DNA of 64,000 nt, from positions 11,612 to 75,611 of the forward strand of contig CAZFUL010000001.1 of assembly GCA_964522435.1 (NCBI GenBank), written 5' to 3'. Both the position numbers and the translations under genes were made by a program. The notes below the pieces were generated by a model. The model ran no database searches and had not been told where the DNA came from. It saw only the letters and a list, made by a program, of their open reading frames with translations. This DNA is from an uncultured Gammaproteobacteria bacterium. GTDB lineage: Bacteria; Patescibacteriota; Patescibacteriia; Magasanikbacterales; UBA922. Shown one piece after another: positions 25,844 through 36,944 of this stretch (its first letter is position 1; the number at the start of each line of letters is the position of its first letter).

Positions 25844-27886
25844 TTAAAATGCGGCATTCGTAATGCGTTCGGCTAATAATTCTTGTGCTTGTTTATTCAA
25901 GTGGATTTTATCTGAAGAATAAAGAGTATTCAAGGCGTCTTGGTTATTGGGATCTTCAAATAGATTATATACATCAATCACAACATCTGTAGCATCTAAA
26001 GCCCCGCCACCGAGTTGTCGTATCCATGTATTTGTTTCGTCTGTTTTTTCTTGGAGCGCAGGTCTCCAACTATCGTATCCTTTCCATGGGGTCACCACGA
26101 CCGCAATAACACGCAGATCATTGGCTTTGGCTTTTTGATAAATACGGCGTAGTCCCGATTGTGCATTATTTATATCATTCACCCCAGCCCAGACAATAAT
26201 ATCCGTAAAGCCTTCTCGTTTTAAATTTTTGTTTTTTATTTGGTCATACACAAAGGCTGCACTCCTGCCGGTAAATCCTCGTTTATCAACTATGATGTTC
26301 GCACAAGAAGCGGCAATAATATCCGCATAAGAGGTATTTGATTCTGTATTAGAATCTCCGACGGCCAATATTTTTTTTCCATTTCCATTGGGACAGTCAA
26401 CGCGCGCAGATGCTAAGTTTCCTTGGCCAGGCACGCTGCCTTTTTCTAAAATACGTTTTCCTGTTTTTGCCGGACAAAGGGCGTCATCTTTTGCATTGCT
26501 TGGATAAATGGGTGTTTGGTCACCGAGCCCCATTTTTGATAAGGTTGCAATAACTTTTTGTTCACCATAGTCATGTTTTTTTAAGCCATGCTCAGTGGTA
26601 ACCCCATTATTATTGCCGCCACGAGAAACATAAAATGCTTGAACCCCATTGCGAATTGCGGGCTGGGTACAGCCTCGTCCTCGTAGCACTTCTGCCATGA
26701 CTGATGGACCGTTATTGTGTCCAACATAGAGTAAGGTCATGGCGTCTTTTACCGAAATACCGGGGCATTTTTTTTGTATACTCGATAAATTAATTTGAAT
26801 GGTTGCTGCTGCTGTTGCGGTGTTCGTTTCTGCATCTATTCTGCTCGTACAGTCAAATCCTAAGGATGCGGGAAATTTTCCATAGCCTAATCCCCCTTGG
26901 CAATACTCATAATTCATTTGGAATAATCCATGATATTGGCTTCCTGGACGACGGGCATTAACATCTAAACCACTTTCTGCCGCAGCAAAGGCTTTGAGGA
27001 CACGCCAGTCATAGCCATAACAAGCGGCATAGCCTTTAAATAAATTATCAAGATCTGTATTGGATACATCAATATTCAAGTTAAAGTCTGTCTCTTTATT
27101 AAAGAACAAGTCTTCAATATTTTTCGTATTAATATAGCGTACTTTCAAATAGCTAAAATCTACCAAGCTGGGATTAACGGTATATAAAATAGTATAGGAT
27201 CCTGCTGCTAATACTATCCCAATAAGTGCATTCCCAATCATTTTTTTCGCTTCACTAATACTGCCACTATCACCACCAGAAAGTGTCCAGCGTAAGCCTG
27301 CAACAATAATAATGATTACAGAGATAATCCCCATAATCATAATAAGATATTTGTAGATGGCAGCAATATATTCTCCAAGAAAGGGAATGTATAAAAATGT
27401 TCCATCAGGATCTTCTTGGATTTTTACATCAGAAAAAGAGACGCCTGGAATGGATATTCTCGTTACTGGTTTTCCTGTGGCATTTTGGATTTCATCTAGG
27501 TTGATGTGTGGGTCAAGTAATTGATCAGTAAGAGAGCTTTGTCTTGGGTCAATAGGGTATTTTACGCCACGAAGATTACTGACGCAATAATCTAAATCAT
27601 AGGTCGCGTAGGCACCATCTTTACAATCCCATTGTTCACCTGGTTGCTCAGTATATTCATCAGTGCAGGCATTATCATCATCACAGTCACAATAACTTTT
27701 GCCATCATTTTGGCTGCTTTCACAATCACCAGAGCGACAATCAGCATTGGCTTGGCATTCTGCCCCAATCGGTAAGTCTGCTGCAATAACTCCTGTTGTA
27801 CTAAAAAAACAGAGCGATGCGACTATGAAAAACAAAATAAAAATATGGTTTAGTGTTTTTTTCACAAGCCTAAAAGCGTTTTCCAT
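25844..27886 (-). CDS. membrane-anchored multidomain envelope enzyme: Cys-rich N-domain, two TM helices, lytic transglycosylase (SLT) domain, SGNH/GDSL hydrolase domain
   Basis: SLT motifs 'AAAESGLD' ... 'YHGLFQMNYEY'. GDSL block 'ILAVGDSNTES' and 'VWAGVNDI'. Acidic Cys-rich segment 'CQANADCRSGDCESS...CDCDDDNACTDEY'. Twin hydrophobic helices near aa 180-240. Confidence 0.6.
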   Translation of the reverse strand: MENAFRLVKKTLNHIFILFFIVASLCFFSTTGVIAADLPIGAECQANADCRSGDCESSQNDGKSYCDCDDDNACTDEYTEQPGEQWDCKDGAYATYDLDYCVSNLRGVKYPIDPRQSSLTDQLLDPHINLDEIQNATGKPVTRISIPGVSFSDVKIQEDPDGTFLYIPFLGEYIAAIYKYLIMIMGIISVIIIIVAGLRWTLSGGDSGSISEAKKMIGNALIGIVLAAGSYTILYTVNPSLVDFSYLKVRYINTKNIEDLFFNKETDFNLNIDVSNTDLDNLFKGYAACYGYDWRVLKAFAAAESGLDVNARRPGSQYHGLFQMNYEYCQGGLGYGKFPASLGFDCTSRIDAETNTATAAATIQINLSSIQKKCPGISVKDAMTLLYVGHNNGPSVMAEVLRGRGCTQPAIRNGVQAFYVSRGGNNNGVTTEHGLKKHDYGEQKVIATLSKMGLGDQTPIYPSNAKDDALCPAKTGKRILEKGSVPGQGNLASARVDCPNGNGKKILAVGDSNTESNTSYADIIAASCANIIVDKRGFTGRSAAFVYDQIKNKNLKREGFTDIIVWAGVNDINNAQSGLRRIYQKAKANDLRVIAVVVTPWKGYDSWRPALQEKTDETNTWIRQLGGGALDATDVVIDVYNLFEDPNNQDALNTLYSSDKIHLNKQAQELLAERITNAAF

Positions 27887-28503
27887 CCATCCACACTCAG
27901 GGGTGGTTGGATTTGTTTATGATTAACAAAAAATGCAGGAACTGATTGAATACCCAATTGGCGGGCAATACTTTTGTTTTGTTCTAAGTAATCATCGGGC
28001 AAAGAGGAGGCAAGACAGTCATCAAAGGCAGATTGCTTAATATCGATGTTTCCTACAATGGTGGTTAAAACAGCTTCTGATAAATTTTGGTAATTTACCA
28101 AAACGTAGTCTTTATATGCATCGAATTGTTTTTGTTCTTGCATACATACGGCATAGCGATGCGCTTGCGTGGAATCTTGGGGGAATCGGGTAACAGATAA
28201 GCCTTTAAAAATAATTTTTACTTGATCAGGGTAGGCAGTTTGTAGTTCTTGTAAGAGGAGAAGTTGTGTATGACAATTATCACAAGCAAAATCTGCAAAG
28301 GCAATAATTGTTTTTGGTGCACGAGCATTGCCGAGTATTGGATCATTGGGAAGGATGGGAATTTGTAAGAGGGAAGAGGTTGCTTGTTGTTCAGGTGCTT
28401 TGGGATAGAGTGGCTCATATTGCACGATACGAATAAACAAAAATAATCCAACAAGAGCGCAGGCAATAACGAGAAGGAAAATCATCTGACGATTGTGTGA
28501 CAT
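27862..28503 (-). CDS. DsbA-family thiol:disulfide oxidoreductase (membrane anchored)
   Basis: N-terminal TM segment. Thioredoxin-fold active site 'FADFACDNCH' (CxxC). Confidence 0.7.
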   Translation of the reverse strand: MSHNRQMIFLLVIACALVGLFLFIRIVQYEPLYPKAPEQQATSSLLQIPILPNDPILGNARAPKTIIAFADFACDNCHTQLLLLQELQTAYPDQVKIIFKGLSVTRFPQDSTQAHRYAVCMQEQKQFDAYKDYVLVNYQNLSEAVLTTIVGNIDIKQSAFDDCLASSLPDDYLEQNKSIARQLGIQSVPAFFVNHKQIQPPLSVDGWKTLLGL

Positions 28504-28509
28504 AGTGGC

Positions 28510-29748
28510 TTATAATGCTACTTCAAATAATCCATCTTCTTGGGTATCGGTAAAAAACAGTGAACTCCCATCGTCAGAGAGAAACAGAGATTCAATCGTA
28601 TGCGTTTGATCATCATCAAACATAATTTCTGTTTGTATGCCCGTTTGTGTGTCAATGCGATAGAGCCGATCCGGAATAGTATTCGCAATTGCTGGTTGGA
28701 ATCCTGCCCCTGTTTCTAATTGTTCAGGTACCCCGCAGTAAACAAAACGTTGATTGGTGGGATTAAAATCACATTTATGTGCCCAGGTATCGACATTCAA
28801 TACTTGTCTGCCTGCACCAATACTTGTTGGATCAGTACTCACAATCCATAACTGTGGTTTAAAGTCGTTTTCTGCATTATACACACTATAGAGCAATTGA
28901 TTGCCATTAGGTGCCCAGCGAGATTCCATGCCTCGTCCTTCTACTATAAGAGAGGGAAAGTTTTCTCCATTTTGTCCAATAAGCAGGACTTCTTCTCGGT
29001 TTCCTCCTAAGGCATCTCCTGTGCGAGATAAGGCAAGCATTTGTTGGTTTGGTGACCAATCAACCGTTACTTTGTCAGCATTTGTTCCAAGCGGTTCTAC
29101 TAAACGGGTGTTGCTTCCATCGGGGTTACTTACAATGAGCCAACGATTTTCAGGAGATTGTCCAATACTTTTTGCAACGATTTGATTTCCTTGGTCTGAA
29201 AAAGAAAAATTTTCCCAATGTCTTGGTAACGTTACTTGTTTTTTTGTATCAAAGTTGTAATAAATATTTGCTTGATCAGGATATTCGAGAATGGCTTCAT
29301 TGCCTGTTCCAGACCAAGTAACGGTTTCCACATTAAAAAAAACGGTATCACTTAATGGAAGAATATTTCCTTGTTCATCTCGACGGTAAAATTTTCCATC
29401 TTGTTGATTATAAAATTGTACTTGTGACCCATTGACCAGTTGTGGATTCAAAATATCATCGGCAATAAGTTGTTGTGTACGTTGGTCTATTGTGGGAGGG
29501 GATAATTCTGACGGTCTTGGTATTTCTCCTATAGGCGGTAAGGTATCAGGACCTCCATCAATAATGACACCGCCTTGCCCTAGTCCTGCATTCGGGAACG
29601 CTTGTCCGTCACCAAGCGGCGCACCATCTCTTGGTGGAATCGTATCGTCTGTCGTTGGTTGTTTAAAAAATACAAAAAACAAGGCAATGGCAAATGCAAT
29701 ACTACTAGCAATAAATAGAAGGACAAAGAGAATGCGGCGAGTATTCAT
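28510..29748 (-). CDS. TolB-like beta-propeller (PD40 repeat) exported protein
   Basis: N-terminal TM/signal segment, Gly/Pro-rich linker, repeated 'DWSPNQQ.LA / S.DG...' PD40-like blades. Confidence 0.5.
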   Translation of the reverse strand: MNTRRILFVLLFIASSIAFAIALFFVFFKQPTTDDTIPPRDGAPLGDGQAFPNAGLGQGGVIIDGGPDTLPPIGEIPRPSELSPPTIDQRTQQLIADDILNPQLVNGSQVQFYNQQDGKFYRRDEQGNILPLSDTVFFNVETVTWSGTGNEAILEYPDQANIYYNFDTKKQVTLPRHWENFSFSDQGNQIVAKSIGQSPENRWLIVSNPDGSNTRLVEPLGTNADKVTVDWSPNQQMLALSRTGDALGGNREEVLLIGQNGENFPSLIVEGRGMESRWAPNGNQLLYSVYNAENDFKPQLWIVSTDPTSIGAGRQVLNVDTWAHKCDFNPTNQRFVYCGVPEQLETGAGFQPAIANTIPDRLYRIDTQTGIQTEIMFDDDQTHTIESLFLSDDGSSLFFTDTQEDGLFEVAL

Positions 29749-29776
29749 AGGAAATAATAAGATATGGGGTGGCTAT

Positions 29777-30316
29777 CTATTTTTTTCTTGACATCATATA
29801 GGTGAGAACAACATCGAGTGTACAAGCAGGCAGAGAAGAAAAAAATCCTTCTGCTAAAAAAACCATTCCAGAAACGATTAGGGTACTGCCTTTTTTGAGC
29901 CGAAACCATTTATATGCCGCAAAGCAGACAACAAATGGCCAGCTGAATATAATACCGATAACCGGCACTAATGACAGTATATCACTTAGTATAGCAAAAA
30001 ATAACCATAAAAACATCTGTGCTAAAGACATGCTTCCTTCTTTGCTGCTTGTTTCTGTTTGTGTAATGGGGTTTTGTGTATTTTTGATCTGTGGTTGAGG
30101 AGGTTGTGGGGGTGGGCTATATTGTTTTTTTCTTTCAGCAGCGCTGTTGGTTTGCTGTCGTTGAGCTGGTTGTTGTCCTTGTTGTGGCGTTGTCGTAAGA
30201 GTATCTATTTCCTGTTGTTGCATGTCTGTCATCAGTTGTTGCAAATAGCGGGCGCGTGCTTGCTCTTCAGAAAGTTGATGAGACCATTCGCGTTGTTGAG
30301 ATGATGATACAGGCAT
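29777..30316 (-). CDS. hypothetical Gln/Pro-rich protein with C-terminal TM helices
   Basis: Low-complexity Q/P-rich N-terminus followed by two hydrophobic helices. Confidence 0.35.
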   Translation of the reverse strand: MPVSSSQQREWSHQLSEEQARARYLQQLMTDMQQQEIDTLTTTPQQGQQPAQRQQTNSAAERKKQYSPPPQPPQPQIKNTQNPITQTETSSKEGSMSLAQMFLWLFFAILSDILSLVPVIGIIFSWPFVVCFAAYKWFRLKKGSTLIVSGMVFLAEGFFSSLPACTLDVVLTYMMSRKK

Positions 30317-30334
30317 ACAGTAATATATGATTGT

Positions 30335-32896
30335 TTATTGAAGAAGGTATGCACCATTATGCTCTTGCAATTGATATTCTTTTTTATGACGACGTAAACG
30401 CACCACACGGAAAATTTCTGAATCAAGTAATTGTGCGAGTGTGTGGGCAATGTAGCGAGCGCCGTTATGGGTTGTATATGCTTTTTTTGCTAATTGTGGC
30501 AACAGTTGTTTGGTATAGGTAATACGAATACCCTCGGCAACAAGACTCTGGTTTATTTCTTGTATATACGCTTCTACCATTTTTTCTACCGCAGCCTCGC
30601 TGAGGGGTTCAAAGAAACACACTTTTTGAATACGGCCAATAAGTGCTCGGCTAAAGGTGTCAATAAGTTTTTGTTCAATTGCTTTTTTTCTATCTTGATT
30701 GGCTGTTTGGGATTGACCAAATCCTAAACCAGAAGAGCGATAAAATTCTTCCCCAATATTACTGGTGAGGACAACGGTTGCATGGTGAAATGATATTTTT
30801 TTCCCAGCACTATCGGTGAGTTCGCCTTCATCTAAAATCTGCCAAAGTAATTTAATGACATCGGGATGGGCTTTATCTATCTCATCAAACAATACCACGC
30901 TGTAGGGGCGTTTTTTTAATTGTTCGGTAAAACGATTACGTTCCTTATGGCCAATGTATCCAGCAGGAGAACCTAAAAGTTTTGAAATACTATGTCCTTC
31001 TGCAAATTCACTCATATCAAACTTAATAAGAGACTGCGTGTCTTTGTACAAGGTGTTCGCGAGTTCTTTTGCTAAGGCTGTTTTTCCTACTCCACTTGGG
31101 CCAACAAATAAAAATGAGGCGGCTGGTCGTTTAGGGTCATGACGAATTTGTGCGTGTTTGAGTGTTTGGACAATGTCTTGTATCACCGCAGATTGTCCAA
31201 AGATCCGTTGTTCTAGTTGGGCAGCTAAGGCATCTAATTTTTCCCAACGGTCATATAATAATTCATCTGCACTTACGCCAATTCTGGCGCCAAGAGTTTC
31301 TGCAATATCACGTTTTTTCATTGCGGCTTGTTTGCCTCGTTTTTTCTTTGCTTGTTTTTGTAAAAGCACAAAGCGTTTTTGTAAGGCAGCCTCTTTTTTC
31401 TTGAGTATTTTTGCGTTATCAAACTGTTCTTTGCTAATAGCCACTTCTTTTTGTTTTTGAATATCTGCTAACTGATCAGTAATGCTGTACATTTTTTTTG
31501 TTTCCGGATCCATGGGTTGGCGCATGCGTACGCGTGCCGCTGCCTCGTCCAAAATATCAATTGCTTTATCAGGTAAATAATTATCGTGAATATAATTAAT
31601 ACTTAAATCAACCATAAATGGAATGAGCGCTGCGCCAATACGCACACTATGATATTGCTCATAATAGGGACGCAGGCCACTTAAAATAGCAATGGCTTCT
31701 TCTCGTGAGGGCTCTTTAACAAAAATAGATTGGAATCGTCTTTCGAGCGCCGCATCATTACTAATATATTTGTTATATTCATCAAGGGTGGTTGCCCCAA
31801 TACAGCGGAGTTTTCCGCGTGCTAGAGCAGGTTTTAAAATATTTGCCGCATCCATGGTGCCTTGATTTGACCCTGCGCCAATAATATTATGTAGTTCATC
31901 AATAAATAATATGGCATCTGGCATGGCAGAAATTTCATCGATCAATTGTTTAATGCGCGCTTCAAATTCTCCTCGATAAATAGTGCCAGAAATGAGCATG
32001 GTTAAATCCAAAGAGTAAATGTGTTTTCTTTTTAAATGATCAGGGACGGTGCCTTGAACAATACGTTTTGCCAACCCTTCAATAATAGCGGTTTTTCCCA
32101 CCCCGGGTTCACCAACAAGAACGGGGTTATTTTTTGTTCTTCTTGATAAAATATGAATAAGGCGGTCGACTTCTGTTTCGCGTCCCACAACCGGATCAAT
32201 ATTTTTTTGTATTTTTTTATCAGTGAGTTTGGTGGTAAAGACCTCGATAGCCTTGATGGCCCTTTTTTGTTTGCTCATTTTTTGTGTGCCTGGTTGTGTA
32301 GAACCAGTATCATCTGATTGCATATCTTGCAGTTCTTCCATAAATTCTTGCACATCATCAATGCGGGGGAATTTGCTGGTGCTTTGAATACTAATCTGTA
32401 CTTGTTCAAGAACATAAGCACGAGTAGTATTTGCTTTCTTTAATACCGCACTAATGCGGGGATCTTGACTATGCAAAATACCATAGAGCAAATGTTCTGT
32501 GCCGACATAACTGTGAGATTGTTCGTAGGCGAGCACCATTGCTTTTTCTAATGCTGCACGAGATTTATTATCGAGTTCTGGTAACAGCGCTGTGACGGTG
32601 CCATCTTTGGGAATTTTTTTTGGTGCATCATCAATACGGCTGAGATAGGGAGTAATCCGTTCTTTGGTAATGCCAACTTTTTGTAAAATATCACAGCCAA
32701 GAGCGCCTTGTTGCTCGGATAAGGCAGAGAGTAAATGAATGGTAGACACATGCGCATGGTTGAGTGAGGTTGCCAAGGCAATAGCCCGCGCAATGGTATT
32801 TTTTAAGTGGGTGGAAAGATTATCCAGAATATGATGTGGTTTCATACAAAAAACAGAGCCATATTGCATTAGAGATGGCTTTATTATATACTCCAA
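30335..32896 (-). CDS. Clp/Hsp100 AAA+ chaperone (ClpC/ClpB family)
   Basis: Clp_N repeats. Two AAA+ modules, '[10 protein letters not shown]' and '[15 protein letters not shown]'. Sensor-2 'GAR' region. Confidence 0.85.
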   Translation of the reverse strand: MEYIIKPSLMQYGSVFCMKPHHILDNLSTHLKNTIARAIALATSLNHAHVSTIHLLSALSEQQGALGCDILQKVGITKERITPYLSRIDDAPKKIPKDGTVTALLPELDNKSRAALEKAMVLAYEQSHSYVGTEHLLYGILHSQDPRISAVLKKANTTRAYVLEQVQISIQSTSKFPRIDDVQEFMEELQDMQSDDTGSTQPGTQKMSKQKRAIKAIEVFTTKLTDKKIQKNIDPVVGRETEVDRLIHILSRRTKNNPVLVGEPGVGKTAIIEGLAKRIVQGTVPDHLKRKHIYSLDLTMLISGTIYRGEFEARIKQLIDEISAMPDAILFIDELHNIIGAGSNQGTMDAANILKPALARGKLRCIGATTLDEYNKYISNDAALERRFQSIFVKEPSREEAIAILSGLRPYYEQYHSVRIGAALIPFMVDLSINYIHDNYLPDKAIDILDEAAARVRMRQPMDPETKKMYSITDQLADIQKQKEVAISKEQFDNAKILKKKEAALQKRFVLLQKQAKKKRGKQAAMKKRDIAETLGARIGVSADELLYDRWEKLDALAAQLEQRIFGQSAVIQDIVQTLKHAQIRHDPKRPAASFLFVGPSGVGKTALAKELANTLYKDTQSLIKFDMSEFAEGHSISKLLGSPAGYIGHKERNRFTEQLKKRPYSVVLFDEIDKAHPDVIKLLWQILDEGELTDSAGKKISFHHATVVLTSNIGEEFYRSSGLGFGQSQTANQDRKKAIEQKLIDTFSRALIGRIQKVCFFEPLSEAAVEKMVEAYIQEINQSLVAEGIRITYTKQLLPQLAKKAYTTHNGARYIAHTLAQLLDSEIFRVVRLRRHKKEYQLQEHNGAYLLQ

Positions 32897-32931
32897 AGAC
32901 TCGTTATGTCAAAATATAATTTGCTATTTTT

Positions 32932-34305
32932 ATGCTATTTCCTGCACATATTTTTAAAGCGTACGACATTCGCGGCTTAGTAGAAGGAGAGTTGTCAGAA
33001 CAATTGGCATACTATATTGGGAGAGCCTTTATTAGGGTGTTACGCGAACGAAACATTTCTCTTGAACAAAAAGCCATTGTGGTAGGCTATGACATGCGTC
33101 CGAGTAGCAGCATGTTTACCAAAGAAATTATTCGCGCTATTACCGACGAAGGAATAGACGTGGTGAACATTGGTATGACCACGACACCAGTATTTAATTT
33201 TGCTTGTGCGCATTTTGACGACTATGCGGGAGGAATCATGATTACCGCAAGTCATAATCCTGCAGAATATAATGGATTTAAATTAACCATGGATGACGGA
33301 TTACCTATTGGAAAAGAAACCGGCATGGAGAGAATTCGGGAACTGGTTGAATTACAACAATTTTCCGTCGCCGCAACAGAAAAAGGAATCGTCATTGAGC
33401 GAGATGTTCGCAAAGATTATATTGAACAAATTTTTTCATTAGTAGATACCTCTATTATTAAACCCCTCAAAATTGTGATTGATGCGGGAAACGGTATGGG
33501 AAGTGCTATTTTTCCCTTGTGGCTACAAGAACTCCCTGTAGAGGTTGAGTATTTATATTTAGAACCAGATGGACGATTTCCCAATCATGAAGCGAATCCG
33601 TTGAAAGTAGAAACATTACAAGATTTACAAAAAGCAGTTATTGCTCATGGTGCGGATTTTGGCTTTGCGCTTGATGGCGATGCTGATAGAGTTGGCTTAG
33701 TTGATGAAAAGGGGCAGGTGGTTGATGCCTCATACGTCAGTGCCTTGATTGGCCAAGAATTTTTACGCGATTATCCGCATGCGCACATGTTATATGATTT
33801 GCGATCGAGTCAGGTGTTAGCAGAGGTATTTGAGGAAGCAGGGGCAAGCACCCAGATGTGTATGGTGGGACATGCAAATATTAAAAAAATGATGCGTGAA
33901 ACGGACGCACAGTATGCGAGTGAATTATCTTTACACATCTTTTTTGAATCCATGTATTATTTAGAGTCAACAGATTTGTGTTTATTATATTTGCTCCATC
34001 TTCTTTCTCGGGAGCATCAGCCTATGAGTACCTTAGTAAAACCACTGCAGCGCTACGCCCATTCCGGAGAAATTAATTTCGAGGTGGCCAAAAAAGACGC
34101 TGCTATTTCTCGTATTCGCAAAGCGTATGAATCTTCTGCTGAAGAAGTATCAGAATTAGATGGTATTTGGATGAAATTTGATTGGGGCTGGATGAACGTG
34201 CGCAAATCGAATACCGAGCCCGTGTTGCGACTGAATTTGGAAACACGCTCAAAAAAGGAAACAGAAGAGAGAGTCGCCGAGCTGCGTGCGCTTATTGAAC
34301 ACTAA
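32932..34305 (+). CDS. phosphomannomutase/phosphoglucomutase (alpha-D-phosphohexomutase)
   Basis: Active-site 'ITASHNPAEYNGFK', metal loop 'DGDADR'. Confidence 0.8.
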   Translation: MLFPAHIFKAYDIRGLVEGELSEQLAYYIGRAFIRVLRERNISLEQKAIVVGYDMRPSSSMFTKEIIRAITDEGIDVVNIGMTTTPVFNFACAHFDDYAGGIMITASHNPAEYNGFKLTMDDGLPIGKETGMERIRELVELQQFSVAATEKGIVIERDVRKDYIEQIFSLVDTSIIKPLKIVIDAGNGMGSAIFPLWLQELPVEVEYLYLEPDGRFPNHEANPLKVETLQDLQKAVIAHGADFGFALDGDADRVGLVDEKGQVVDASYVSALIGQEFLRDYPHAHMLYDLRSSQVLAEVFEEAGASTQMCMVGHANIKKMMRETDAQYASELSLHIFFESMYYLESTDLCLLYLLHLLSREHQPMSTLVKPLQRYAHSGEINFEVAKKDAAISRIRKAYESSAEEVSELDGIWMKFDWGWMNVRKSNTEPVLRLNLETRSKKETEERVAELRALIEH

Positions 34306-34308
34306 CAT

Positions 34309-35370
34309 ATGGAAAGGTTGACATGCATTATTTTTGCGGGAGGAGCAGGAACACGGCTCTGGCCGATGAGTCGGAAAAATTCTCCGAAACAATTTGCGAG
34401 TATTAAACAGAATCAATCTACCTTACAAATGGCTGTAGAGCGTATTTCCTACTTTGGTTTGGAAAATTTATATATTTCAACCAACGCGGCCTATGCCCAT
34501 TTAGTTAAAGAGCAAGTTCCTGACCTGTTAGACAGCCAGGTATTTCTAGAACCTGCGAAACGAGACCAAGGACCTGCGGTTGGCTTAACCCTTTTGCGAT
34601 TAAAACAGCAGGGTATTACTGGCCCCATTGCAATATTATGGTCCGATCATTTAATGGATCATCCAGATTCTTTTCGCGATGCCCTTAGTCATGCGGGGAA
34701 ATTAGTTGAACAGCAACCAAATCGCTTTATTTTTTTGGGCGAAACACCACGCTTTCCCAATCATAACTTGGGCTGGATGCATATTGGGAAAAAAACAGCA
34801 GAGGGGACACATGAATTTTTAGGATGGAAGTATCGGCCAGAAGTTCCTGCGTGTAAAGAACTGTTTGAGAGTAAAGAATGGTTATGGAATACTGGCTATT
34901 TTGTCACGGATATCGATTTTTTACTTGATCTGTATAAACGCCTTCAACCAGAATTATATAGTGCATTGCTGACTATGGCAGGGGATGAGTCTCTTGTTGA
35001 GCGCGACTATGGAACATTGCCAGCTATTTCTTTTGATAATGCTATTATAGAAAAAACCGATCTATCAGAAGGGGCGGTACTCTCCTTGAATTTGGGTTGG
35101 AGTGATCCAGGAACCTTATATGCCTTTAAAGAGGCGTTTGCTCCCGATGAAAAATCGAACTATGCGGTAGGCCAAACAATCGATTTAGGAAGTACTGATT
35201 CATTTATCTATAATGAAGAACCAAAAAAATTGGTCAGTACCATTGGGTTAGAGGGTATGATTGTGGTGAATACCAAAGATGCGATACTCGTCTGTAAAAA
35301 AGAAGACGTTCCTCGGTTAAAGGAATTATTGAAAAAAATAGAAGAAGAAAAAAAAGAGTCGTACTTATAG
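34309..35370 (+). CDS. mannose-1-phosphate guanylyltransferase-like nucleotidyltransferase
   Basis: 'IIFAGGAGTRLWPMSRKNSPKQF' sugar-1-P nucleotidyltransferase signature. Adjacent to the PMM gene. Confidence 0.7.
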   Translation: MERLTCIIFAGGAGTRLWPMSRKNSPKQFASIKQNQSTLQMAVERISYFGLENLYISTNAAYAHLVKEQVPDLLDSQVFLEPAKRDQGPAVGLTLLRLKQQGITGPIAILWSDHLMDHPDSFRDALSHAGKLVEQQPNRFIFLGETPRFPNHNLGWMHIGKKTAEGTHEFLGWKYRPEVPACKELFESKEWLWNTGYFVTDIDFLLDLYKRLQPELYSALLTMAGDESLVERDYGTLPAISFDNAIIEKTDLSEGAVLSLNLGWSDPGTLYAFKEAFAPDEKSNYAVGQTIDLGSTDSFIYNEEPKKLVSTIGLEGMIVVNTKDAILVCKKEDVPRLKELLKKIEEEKKESYL

Positions 35371-35387
35371 ATACGACTCTTTTGTAT

Positions 35388-35609
35388 TTATAGTTTTCCA
35401 ATTTCTCGTAAATCTTTGTCAGGAAGATAGAGAAGGAGTAATCCTAATATAATGCCTGCAACCGCCAACAGAATATGACTTCCATTAAATATGACCACAT
35501 CGATATAATCAAGAACATACCAGACTCCTCGCCAGATAAGCACTAAACCAATAACCACGTTTAAATTTTTTATTACGTAATGAATTGTTTTTTTTGTTTT
35601 TCTTTTCAT
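35388..35609 (-). CDS. small hypothetical membrane protein
   Basis: 73 aa with two hydrophobic helices. Confidence 0.3.
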   Translation of the reverse strand: MKRKTKKTIHYVIKNLNVVIGLVLIWRGVWYVLDYIDVVIFNGSHILLAVAGIILGLLLLYLPDKDLREIGKL

Positions 35610-36139
35610 ATATATAAATTGCTATGAACAAAGGGAATGCAGGCAAGGATGACTGCTTCGCGATAATAATCTGTGCGCGTAATGGCATTATTGGTGAGTG
35701 TCCCTACAGACCCTGCTTCTTGTTTTGAATTTATTTTTCCAAAAACAATATCATCTGCGTCACCTAATTCTTTTCCTTGCTCAATAAGGGTGATGATTGC
35801 TGGTGGAAGAAAAAACACGCCAGTTTTTGCGTTGCCTGTTTGGGTTAACGAACGAATAACAATCCAAGCAAAGCATTCCATACCCTGTTCTGTTTTTTCA
35901 ATGCCTCCTTCAATCCCTACCCAAAAATCAGCCTCCGGCATAGCGGTTTGTGCCCCTTGTGCACGGTTCATGGCGCCGAGAAGCGTTTCATCACTACTCA
36001 TTGGTTGATCACTCACCAAAGAAGGAACAGATATACCGATGTAATTCGCCTGCATATGAGGAAACATGGTCTCAAATCCTTCGGTAACGGCGGCTATTTT
36101 TACGGGATTTTTTGAAGCAATAATAACCTGTGTATTCAT
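35606..36139 (-). CDS. inosine/xanthosine triphosphatase YjjX-like (non-canonical NTPase)
   Basis: 'IIASKNPVKIAAV...DFWVGIEGGIE...GMECFAWIVI' matches the YjjX/DUF84 pattern. Confidence 0.6.
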   Translation of the reverse strand: MNTQVIIASKNPVKIAAVTEGFETMFPHMQANYIGISVPSLVSDQPMSSDETLLGAMNRAQGAQTAMPEADFWVGIEGGIEKTEQGMECFAWIVIRSLTQTGNAKTGVFFLPPAIITLIEQGKELGDADDIVFGKINSKQEAGSVGTLTNNAITRTDYYREAVILACIPFVHSNLYI

Positions 36140-36149
36140 GTAATGGGTA

Positions 36150-36920
36150 TTATGTTTTTTTTAAAAATGTTGCCATAGTTTTTCGTATAATACGCCGTGG
36201 CAATAGGCGTAATAAGAAAACAAACAATGTATTTTTCATCCCTGGAATAATAATCACCTTGTTGGCCATAAGCCCATCATATGCCGCTTGCGCAACTCGC
36301 TCCACGGGCATTGGGTCTTTAAACATAAATAACGATTCTTTTGATGCCTGTTGTTCAAATTCTGTTTTGGTTGGCCCTGGACATAGGGTAGAAACGGTCA
36401 CGGTGCTTCCTTTAAGTTCTTCAGAAAGTGCTTCTGAAAAAGAGAGGACATAGGATTTACTTGCAAAATACACCGCCATATAGGGGCCGGGTTGAAAAGC
36501 TGCCGTAGAGGCAACATTAAGTATTTTGCCAAAACCACGTTTCTTCATATGCGGTAACAGCAAGCGAGAAAGTTCTGTGAGGGCAATAATATTTACCAGT
36601 AACAAAGAATTATTTTTTTGCATGTCAGTTGCATCAAACGCCCCATAATCACCAAAGCCTGCATTATTAACTAATATATCCACAGCAATTTTTTGGTCCC
36701 CTAATTGTTTATAGAGCATGTCTGCTGCATGCGGGAGCGCAAGATCTTGGCACATAACCTGCACCTGTACATGGTAGCGCTTACCCAACTCTGCCGCAAT
36801 GCCCTGCAGTATGTCTTCACGTCGTGCAACTAATACCAAATTATATCCATTTGCGGCAAATAGGCTTGCAAGAGATTTTCCAATACCACTGGAGGCACCG
36901 GTAATAAGAACTGTTTTCAT
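36150..36920 (-). CDS. short-chain dehydrogenase/reductase (SDR)
   Basis: 'LITGASSGIGKSLA' Rossmann motif. Catalytic 'YFASKSYVLSFSEAL' (YxxxK). Confidence 0.8.
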   Translation of the reverse strand: MKTVLITGASSGIGKSLASLFAANGYNLVLVARREDILQGIAAELGKRYHVQVQVMCQDLALPHAADMLYKQLGDQKIAVDILVNNAGFGDYGAFDATDMQKNNSLLLVNIIALTELSRLLLPHMKKRGFGKILNVASTAAFQPGPYMAVYFASKSYVLSFSEALSEELKGSTVTVSTLCPGPTKTEFEQQASKESLFMFKDPMPVERVAQAAYDGLMANKVIIIPGMKNTLFVFLLRLLPRRIIRKTMATFLKKT

Positions 36921-36944
36921 AAAAATAGAAAGAGTAAATAATAA

